Shown here in pieces: positions 54,161-64,000 of a DNA stretch of 64,000 bases; position 1 is the stretch's first letter, and each line of letters starts with the position of its first letter. The notes below the pieces were generated by a model that worked only from the letters and a program-made list of their open reading frames with translations, ran no database searches and was not told where the DNA came from. The position numbers were made by a program, and so were the translations under genes. Origin of the DNA: Octopus vulgaris (lineage: Eukaryota); NCBI GenBank assembly GCA_951406725.2, contig OX597820.1, positions 109,864,001-109,928,000 of the forward strand, in the 5' to 3' direction.

Positions 54161-54481
54161 GTAAAAATAACAACAACTTTAACTGAGAAAGAGTTTTATT
54201 AACCTAGGAATTTATAAAAGTGTATTAGTTGAGGATAATAACATGTTAAATGGCATAACTGGTACATATGATGAGTGCTCAGATTGACTATGTGCCTAAA
54301 CTCCTGCATTAAGGGAAGACATGTAATACCTGCATAAATGAAGATTGGCTACAGGCAATGTATCAGTTGAGTTTGTTTAGGTATAACAGAACAAAAGCAG
54401 TCAATAGTTTATAAAATTTTTATGCTTATCTAACATATAGAAGAGAAACCTACAATATACCTAGAAATATTATACTCCTAC

Positions 54482-56818
54482 TAGAGCTCACAAAAAATTG
54501 ATAATTCCAAAAACCGAGTTTAAGTATAAGCAATTCTCATTTAGAGCGGTGTCCCTGTAATGAAGGAGTTTGTTGTATATTGTATTTTGCTTATATACAT
54601 ACACAGAGAAAGAGAGAAAGTAACAGGTTGACTGATATCCACAAATATGTTGGTGGTGCCTGTATCTGTATCTATGTACAAACATTAACAAAAAATAATG
54701 GTATTATATTTAATCAGGAATGCAACATTTTTCCAAGTCATTGTTGTATTTTGAGAATCAATCAAGTTTCTTGATGATTCACTTTCCTTCGAAAATAATC
54801 TTTTAAAAAACACAATGCATTCAGTGTTTTACCTGACAAACTTGTCCTAATTTTTGTGTTGAAAAGTCCAGTAATTGAAAAAGATTTTTCCAACTGGACA
54901 CTAGTTTCCTTATTTGTAAGCAATGCTCTATAAAGTTTCTCATGCTTTTCACTTCTGTTCGAATTTGCTTCAAAATATTCGAATTCTTTAGAGATTTCAA
55001 ATCCATCTGTTACTATCTTGGGCTCTTCATTCATTTTCTTCCTTGCACTTGTGTGTATTCACGCAGATTTAGAGCCAAAGGGTTGCCAACAATATTAAGT
55101 TTATTCAATAAAAATTCTATAAAATATTCCGCTTTCAGTAAATCCGTACCATCAGCGTGAATAGCCTTCAAAATAATTTCTACTGGATGCAGAATTTCAT
55201 ATATTAAATCGAGAGATTTCCATTCTTCGTCAGCTACGGCATCTGTGGAAAGTACTGCTCGTAGAGCATTTGGAATGCAGCTTTTCAATTTCAAAAATCT
55301 CTCAATCATATGGAATGTGCTATTCCACCTAGTTCTGCAATCCAGTATAAGTTTATATTCTCTGTTATCAAAGTTCGCTCATACAAAATCTTGCAAAATT
55401 TCATTTTTTGTTGGAGATTTACGGAAAAGTTTTGAAATTTTTCTTACCTTATTTAAAACTTTTGTTAAATTCAGGTTTTAGCTGGGGAAAACAAGCATTT
55501 TCGTGAGCTAAATCTGTTTGAAAAAGTATATCTTGTCAGCTTCATCATCACTATCATCTGTTATAGTGATCTCTTTACTTTTTTTATCAGTCTCATCAGT
55601 TGAAGCAATATTTTCAATATTTTCTTGATAGAGAATGTTGATCACAGATAGATGTATGCAATGTGTGAGACATTGTTGGCAATCAAGTCTTCTTTGTTTT
55701 CTGAATTTCACCATCCATCATCCAGCCAACAATGTCTATATCCAAATCCAATCCAAATTCACAAAGATGTCCTCTCACAAATTGCTCTGTTCTCCTGCTA
55801 TCAAGGGAGCCATGGATCTCAATAAGACCCAACGACCAATGATTGTCTTTCCCATGAACATTTATGTTCATATATCATTTATTTTGAATTGATGTGTATT
55901 CATTCAATGTCAATGAGTAGCGAATCCCCAGCACTACTTCATTTTCGAAATAATGAATAAGTTCTTCTTTCTTGGTTATGTAATAATTCATTACCATATT
56001 CCTGATTCTGTTTGCAGATGTTGGTTGTAATTTATCATATTTGCCTCTCTGACTATGAAGATTTCTCTGTATAAAATTGCTTTTGACGATTGAATTGAAA
56101 GAGAATCCAGCTATAGCAGCTAACTTTGAAACTTCTTCTTCCATTGATTTCTTTGTTAAAAAGTGTTCCATTGTTCTTGTAATTTTCACAGGAGACTGGT
56201 TTGCATCTTGATTTATGTTGATTTGATGAATTTTCTTCAAGTGCAAGATCAGAGATGTAGTAGATCCTCCAGAAGACTTCATGATCTTATCACACTTATT
56301 ACATTGAGCTTCACCTTTGTTTTTCCTATTGAAAAAATTCCAAACAGTTGATTTTCTTTTTATCATGCTAGGGCTAATGGAAATAAATAAGAAAAATTTA
56401 ATTAGTATTACTTTCTTGAAATGAATCTGGAACTGGTTATTACATATGCTCAACGGGAAAGATCACCTGACTGAAGACTAACAGCATCCCCTTAATTTGC
56501 AATGAATAAACTCTGTTAACTCCAAATTCAAAGAGTCAGCTAGGGGCTAGCGAAGGAAATGACAAGGTGCTGATCTAAGGTTCAAGGGGAGAGAAGGTGA
56601 GAATTGATATGTTGCGATATGCTTCAATGAAACAGACAGCACTCTCAACTAAAGGCGAGCAAAAACAGTTCAGTTAGTTCCGTTTCAATGATATTTCTTC
56701 AAAAGAAAAAATGGAGAAATGCTTTGCAAAAAAAAATTAGAAACAGCAAACATTAAAATCGGTTTTGGCAAATTCATTTCGGTTTTAACCAGTTTTATAA
56801 AACCGGTTTCGAGGCCTA
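54482..56818 (-). mobile_element. Full-length defective hAT transposon with BED zinc finger transposase
   Basis: Perfect 8-bp TSD ACTCCTAC (54474-54481, 56819-56826) and TAG..CTC imperfect TIRs. VWNFF..AQC..C..STTSL..HL..H, SLTL.EYTS, DCRTRWNST, SVQLEKSFS..G and L..LCFLK. Confidence 0.92.
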
Positions 56819-56861
56819 ACTCCTACCATCTATAGATATTAAATATTGACATTTACAATAT

Positions 56862-57210
56862 ATTGGGTTATCCCATAAATAATGTGTTCTTTTTTCAGTA
56901 GCATGAACTAAAAGTTGGAAGGGGACAGGATAAACTACCTGCATCAATTTGCTATAAAAGCAGGTAGTAATTTTACCTTGCACTTATTCCTAGTGCAAAT
57001 TTTGAAGAGTGCAGTTAAATTTTAACAGTTATTTTTTCAAAGCTATAACGGAAGTGGCAAAAGACCATATTTGGCATATTTTGCTTTATGAGTTCAATAA
57101 AGGCAACAGAAAGTGTGAGGAATATTAATGCAGCATATGGGGATCGGACAATAAACATAAGCCAGTGTCAGCTGTGGTTTCAGAAATCCTGGGGCAGAAA
57201 CTACAGCATA
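56862..57210 (+). mobile_element. Mariner 5' fragment (SETMAR/cecropia-like HTH)
   Basis: TATTGGGTT terminus, and EVAKDHI.HILLYEFNKG...RNINAAYGD...CQLWFQK in broken frames. Confidence 0.65.
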
Positions 57211-58011
57211 ATCAGGAAATACTATGAATTAAGTTTCCCCTAAAATGTAAATACAAATGGAATAAAACAAATTTTGAGTAAATTGGATAAGTGGTTGTGG
57301 AGATATTAGGGGTTTTCGGGGTATAAATATAAAAAATGGTGCATAATGGGAAAATTCTCTGCAATTAACATAATCCTGAAAGGGAAGTAACTCTTTCGAT
57401 TAAACACAATAACTTGACAACAAAAAAATTATTATTTCACTTGCTCACATTTTTCTATGTAATATAAATATGGATATTCAATTTTGTTTAGTTGTATGTA
57501 AAAAAATATATGAGGGGAGAGAATTATGTAAATGGAGAATGATTTTGGAGTATATAGGAGCTGTGTGATTTTAGAGTACACAGGAGATTCTTTTATTTGT
57601 CTCAGTCTTTTGACTGCGGCCATGCTGGAGCACCACCTTTAGTTGAGCAAATCAACCCCAGGACTTTGTAAGCCTAGTACTTATTCTATCGGTCTCTTTT
57701 GCCAAATCACTAAGTTATGGGGATGTAAACACGCCAGCATCAGTTGTCGAGCGATGTTGGGGACAAATACAGACATACAAACATATACATTTATATATAT
57801 ATATATATATATATACGACAGACTTCCTTCAGTTTCCATCTACCAAATCCACTCGCAAGGCTTTGGTTGGTCCGAGGCTATAGTAGAAGACATTTGCCCA
57901 AGGTGCCATGCAGTGGGACTGAACCCGGAATCATGTGGTTACTAAGCAAGCTACTTACCACATAGCCACTCTTGCACCTATATGTACATATTAATTTAAA
58001 TTGTGTAGATC

Positions 58012-59570
58012 ATCACTATCATCATGATCATTTAATGGCTACTTTCCATGCTGGCATGGGTCGGACGTTTTGACTAAGGATTGGCAAGCCGAGAGGCTGC
58101 ACCAGGCTCCATTCTGATCTGGCAAGGTTTCTACAGCTGGATGCTTTTATGTGCCACCAGCATGGGGGCCAGTCAGGCAGCACTGGCAACGACCACGGTT
58201 CAATGGTGCTCTTTATGTGCCACCAGCAAGAGAGCAAGTCAGGAGGCAATGGCATCAACCACGCTCAAATGGTGCTTTTTACATGCCACCAGCACTGGCA
58301 TCAGCCATGCTTGAATGGGGCTATTTATGTGGCACTGGTGCGGGTACCAGTCAGGCAGCACTTGCATTGGCCATGACTATGATTTCACTTCACACAACAG
58401 ATCTCAAGTACAGCACATTGCCCGACAATTGAAGGTTAATTTTAAATGGGCCGGTTATGCAACGCTGGCATTGGCTATGGCTTCGACCTCACTTGGCTTG
58501 CTGGGTTTTCTCAAGCACAGTATATCTCCAACAGTCTCGGTCACTTGTCATTGTCTCTGTGAGACCCAACGTGCAAAGGTCATGCTTCACCGCCTCATCC
58601 CATGTCTTCCTGGGTCTACCTCTTCCATAGGTTCCCTCCACTGTTAGGTGTGACACTTCTTCACACAGCTGTTCTCATCTATACGCAACACATGACCATA
58701 CCAGCACAGTTGTCCTTTTTGCACACCACATTTGATGCTTCTTATGTCCAACTTTTCTCTCAGGGTGCTTACACTCTGTTGTGCATGCACACTGACATTA
58801 TACATTCAGCAAAACATACTAGCTTCATTTTTTTCAAGCCTACACATGTCCTACGGTCTACATTTCACTCTGAGCGAGAGGCTCTTTGTTATCTGCAGAG
58901 ACAGGAGTTCTCTGAACTTTGCCCTGGTTATTCTTATTTTAGCAGCTACACTACTGATTTGGTCACCTAGGTAACGAAAGCTATAAACTACTTCTAGTTT
59001 TATCCCCCCTAGCATGTGATGGAATCTGTTTTCTGTACATCTTCAGTGTTTATTGCCCCTGTGCATCTCCCACACACAAAAACTTCCCAGTTTACCTTCC
59101 TTTGATATTAACTTCCCAGTTAACCTTCCTTTGATATTGTTGCACCTTTTGTGTGTCCATAGCTTACACCGGGTACATCTTATGGAGTTTTGACCTATGC
59201 CTTTTCTACAGATTGAGCAGGACCATCTACATCAAGGGAATTGTGATTTGTCTGCCTTCTTACTTACTAAGACTTTGATTTTTGCTAGATTGACTCTAAG
59301 GCCCTTCAGTTCTAGGCTTTGGCTCCACACCTGAAACACCTTCTCTAGTTCTGCTAGTGACTCAGCTATTAGAGCAAGGTCATCAGCATAGAGGAGCTCC
59401 CAGGGGTATCCTGTCTTGAATTCCTCTGTTATTACCTGGAAGACTGTGATGAATAAAAGGGGGCTGAGGACTGATCCTTGGTGAACCTTTACTTCTACCC
59501 AGAATTCTTTACTATACTTGTTGCCAATCCTCACCTTACTGACAGCATCCCTGTACATGGCTTGTACAGG
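58012..59570 (-). mobile_element. RTE-clade LINE 3' portion, antisense copy of the same family
   Basis: VHQGSVLSPLLF and PWELLYADDLAL. Shared repeated 3' UTR and (CAT)n tail at ~58012-58030. Confidence 0.9.
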
Positions 59571-60689
59571 ATACTGTCAGGGTATTCCTAGGAGTAAGAA
59601 TTTTGAAGCTTCTCTGATGCATGAATTGCGTTTCTTGTTATTAACTGCAGAAGCAATAATATCCCACTTAATTTTAAATTCAATGTTATTATCCTTCAAT
59701 TCCCATATAAATTTGCTTAATCCGGTGGAGTTGATTTTCTATTTATTTTCAAAAGATTGGAGATGGTTAGCCACCTGGGTCTTTACTTTATTTTCGGTAG
59801 ATTTGATATAAAAATATTTTTTCCAAGAGTTTCAACTATGCATTGATAGACTACATTTCATCTGTTACATGAATTCTTAAATTTACAATTAGTTTTAACT
59901 TTACAGTCACAATTTTCATAAACGTTTTTATGTATATATTTATTAGAAGACTTGATATTAAGGGAGTTAATATGGGTTATTTTACTTTCATCATGTGGTC
60001 ATTATTATTAGAGCAAGTCTTCTACTATAGCCTCTGGCTGACCAAAGCCTTGTGAGTGGATTCTGTAGACAAAAACTGAAAGAATATATGTTTGTGTGTC
60101 TGTGTTTGTCCCCCAACATCGCCTGATAACTGATGGTGGTGTGTTTGCGTCCCTGTAACTTAGCAGTTCAGCAAAAGAGACTGATAGAATAAGTACTAGG
60201 CTTACAAAGAATAAGTCCTTGGGTCTGTTTGCTCGAATAAAGGCGGTGCTCCAGCATGACTGCAGTCAAATGACTGAAACAAGTAAAAGAGTAAATTGCC
60301 TTAAATATGGGTTTAACAATGTTATTTTTAATTTGTATTGCATATGGAATAATTAACCAAATTTTATTAGTTTTTCAGGGTGATTTTTATTTATAGGTGT
60401 GTTGTAATCCCTTTTAGATTTATTAAAGCTAATTAACTGAGTATGTGGGTTAACATTATTATTCAGAGCATTATATGTCTGTGTTTATCATCCCACCATC
60501 GCTTGACAACCGATGTTGGTGTGTTTGTATCCCCATAACTTAGTGCTTTGGCAAGAGACCGATAGGATAAGTACTAGACTTACAAAGAATAAGTCCTGGA
60601 GTTGATTTGTTCGACTAAAGACAGTGCTCCAGTATGGCCACAATCAAATGACTGAAACAAATGAAAGAATAAAGGAAAATATACATACA

Positions 60690-61380
60690 TACAGATGAGG
60701 AGAGATGTGTGAAGAAGTGCCACTCCCAAACAATTGAAGGAATCCGGGGTAGAGGTAGACCCAGGAAGACATGGGATGAGGTGGTCAAGCATGACCTTCT
60801 AACATTGGGTCTCACAGAGGCAATGACGAAAGGCCGAGGCCTCTGGAGATATGCTGTGACTGTGAAGACCCAACAAATAACGTGAGTTCATGGGTGTTTC
60901 CTGCACCAGCTTCACATAGAAGCTCCAGCCCATCCAAAGTACCTTGGATCACAGGACGGCCTGCTGTGCTTACCTTGGATTGTACGGCGACCTGCTGTGC
61001 TTGAGGAGAACTATTGAGTCAAGTACATCAAAAAATCAAATGGAAATTGTAGTTGTGATACCTGTACCAGTGGCATGTAAAAAGTACCATCCGAACATGG
61101 CCGATGCCAGCACCGCCTTGACTGGCTTCTGTGCTGGTGGCACGTAAAAAGCACCAACCGATTGTAGCCATTGCCAGCCTCCCCTGGCACCTGTGCCGGT
61201 GGCATATAAAAATCACCCACTACACTCACGGAGTGGTTGGCGTTAGAAAGGGCATCCAGCTGTAGAAACAATTCCAGAGCAGACTGGAGCCTGGTGCAGC
61301 CTCATGGCTTCCCAGACCCTGGTCGAACCGTCCAACCCATGCTAGCAAGGAAAACGAACGTTAAACGATGATGATGATGA
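60690..61380 (+). mobile_element. RTE-clade LINE 3' end
   Basis: RGRPRKTWDEVVKHDL, shared 3' UTR 'ggagtggttggcgttag..gggcatccagctgtagaaac' and (GAT)n tail. Confidence 0.85.
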
Positions 61381-61533
61381 TATGTAAGTGTACGTATGTG
61401 TCTTTGTCTCTGTGTTTCGCCCTCATCGCTGCTTTACCACTACTGTTCATTTATTCAAATCCCCATAACTTACTGGTTTCACATGAACAAACTAATAGAA
61501 TAAGTACCAGGCTTATCAACATAAAAAAAGCAG

Positions 61534-61572
<39 letters not shown>

Positions 61573-61573
61573 A

Positions 61574-61609
<36 letters not shown>

Positions 61610-61626
61610 CATACATATATATATAT

Positions 61627-61668
<42 letters not shown>

Positions 61669-61679
61669 TATATAGAAGG

Positions 61680-61730
61680 AGCTTCTACAGGACTAGTACT
61701 GTTTCATTCAAGAGAAATCTTCAGGAAGCT
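61680..61730 (-). ncRNA. Type I hammerhead ribozyme (inverted copy)
   Basis: Exact reverse complement of 63733-63783. Confidence 0.75.
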
Positions 61731-62502
61731 ATTTAACAAGAATTGTATTAGCATTTATACATTTAGGCAGGTTTAAAGGAGTGGTGGTGGGGGACTTTTT
61801 GGGGGTAGGCATAGCGCAAAATATCATACCTGGGGGAGTGGTCAAGGAGTCAGTGGTAAGTTAGATGAAAGAATAGATAAATAAAAAAATAAAAAAATAA
61901 AAAAATCTAAAAAATAAAAAATAAAAAATAAAAAATAAAAAAATAAAATAAAATAAAATAAAATAAAATAAAATAAAAATAAAAAAATAAAAAATATAAA
62001 AAATATATATAAAAAAATATATATATAAAATATATATATACAAAAATATATATATAAAAAAGGGGGGATAGAGTTATAGGTAAATAAGGAGATTCTCACT
62101 TATACCTATACACACATGTATACGTATCTACACACACATACATACATACACATATATATACACACACATATACATATATACATATATATACATACATATA
62201 CATACCTACACATACACACATACATACATACAAATATACATATACATATATATATATACAATCCAATACAGGCCCATTCCCTAATTTTAATTTTATTATC
62301 TTCATTTATTACTTTAGTTATCTTTGATCGCTAGGGCTAAGAATCCTGGCAATGGCTGCAGTCCATTTGTCTGTCTACTAGAAGGCAAGTACTCAATCCC
62401 GCACGCACACTCATTAGCACGTACATTCACCCATTCGTACACTCATACACATACACGTGTATGTATGTATGTGTGTGCGTGGATTTGTATATGTATGTGT
62501 GA

Positions 62503-62539
<37 letters not shown>

Positions 62540-62725
62540 TATATATAGATGGGTGTGTGTATGCGTATAAATGCATGTAAGTATGGATGTATGGATGTAT
62601 GTATGTATGTATACGTATGTATGTGTGTATGTGTGTATGTATATATATATATGTGTGTATATATGTTTGTGTATGTATATATATGTGTATGTATGTGTGT
62701 GTATATGTATGTGTGTATGTGTATG

Positions 62726-62765
<40 letters not shown>

Positions 62766-63732
62766 CATGTATATATATATATATATATATATATAGGTAT
62801 GTATCTGTATGTAGGAGTATATATGTGTGTGTGTGTATGTATATGCGGGTATATATATATATATATATATATGTATATTTATTGGTGTATATGTATAGTC
62901 TAGCCTCCTAAAGTGTAGACACGAATCTGTAGGTACGAGTACGTATGTGTATATACGTGAACGTATGTAGATGTTTGTATGTATGAATATAACGCGTGCG
63001 TACGTGTATGTGTATGAGTGTACGAATGGGTGAATGTACGTGCTAATGAGTGTGCGTGCGGGATTGAGTACTTGCCTTCTAGTAGACAGACAAATGGACT
63101 GCAGCCATTGCCAGGATTCTTAGCCCTAGCGATCAAAGATAACTAAAGTAATAAATGAAGATAATAAAATTAAAATTAGGGAATGGGCCTGTATTGGATT
63201 GTATATATATATATGTATATGTATATTTGTATGTATGTATGTGTGTATGTGTAGGTATGTATATGTATGTATATATATGTATATATGTATATGTGTGTGT
63301 ATATATATGTGTATGTATGTATGTGTGTGTAGATACGTATACATGTGTGTATAGGTATAAGTGAGAATCTCCTTATTTACCTATAACTCTATCCCCCCTT
63401 TTTATATATATATTTTTGTATATATATATTTTATATATATATTTTTTTATATATATTTTTTATATTTTTTATATTTTTTATTTTTTTATTTTATTTTATT
63501 TTATTTTATTTTATTTTATTTTTTTATTTTTTATTTTTTATTTTTTATTTTTTTAGATTTTTTTATTTTTTTATTTTTTTATTTATCTATTCTTTCATCT
63601 AACTTACCACTGACTCCTTGACCACTCCCCCAGGTATGATATTTTGCGCTATGCCTACCCCCAAAAAGTCCCCCACCACCACTCCTTTAAACCTGCCTAA
63701 ATGTATAAATGCTAATACAATTCTTGTTAAAT

Positions 63733-63783
63733 AGCTTCCTGAAGATTTCTCTTGAATGAAACAGTACTAGTCCTGTAGAAGCT
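63733..63783 (+). ncRNA. Type I hammerhead ribozyme
   Basis: AGCTTC-CTGAAGA-T-TTC-TCTT-GAA-T-GAA-ACAG-TACTAGTC-CTGT-A-GAAGCT. 6-bp stem I, canonical CUGANGA/GAAA core, 3-bp stem II with U-U closure, 4-bp stem III, GUA cleavage triplet (cut after 63777). Confidence 0.78.
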
Positions 63784-63867
63784 TCCTTCTATATAATAAA
63801 TTAATTTTACTCTGCTATGTATTGAGTACCTTAATTACTGTGGTTAACCCCGAATCAACCCGGGACC

Positions 63868-63915
<48 letters not shown>

Positions 63916-64000
63916 CATATATATGTATATACATATATATATATATATACATACATATATATGTATATACATATATATATATATATACATACATATATAT

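Larger units (their letters stand above)
61664..63870. mobile_element. Palindromic non-coding element (PLE-type inverted pLTR structure): ~800-bp inverted arms, 543-bp spacer, 70-bp 3' tail, inserted in (TA)n
   Basis: 61664-62458 is a near-exact reverse complement of 63002-63800. Identical ORF translations appear on opposite strands in the ORF track. A hammerhead lies at the outer end of each arm. Confidence 0.85.

Overview
This is AT-rich, microsatellite-dense eukaryotic DNA. The SINE, RTE and Penelope repertoire looks like an octopod cephalopod genome (inference). The window lies inside one large + strand gene. Nine short GT-AG exons (309-54160) splice in frame into the end of GAF-A and all of GAF-B of a PDE10A-like cyclic-nucleotide phosphodiesterase; the start codon and catalytic domain fall outside the window. 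The introns hold mostly decayed transposable elements: RTE, Tx1/L1-like and RLE-type LINEs, Penelope-like elements (PLEs), mariners, hATs, Helentron-type non-autonomous elements and SINEs. Four observations stand out. (1) An intact, intronless, divergent hnRNP A1-like two-RRM gene sits antisense in the 30.6-kb intron, in locally CpG-retaining DNA. (2) A 2.1-kb near-perfect palindromic element carries a type I hammerhead ribozyme fold in each arm; three further sense-strand hammerhead-like motifs lie in other introns. (3) A 4.8-kb foldback element with 650-780-bp terminal inverted repeats contains a PLE and a SINE. (4) An ORF1-only (HAL1-like) retroelement is present. All calls were made by eye from motifs, with no database searches. 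Element boundaries without a stated TIR or TSD are approximate.
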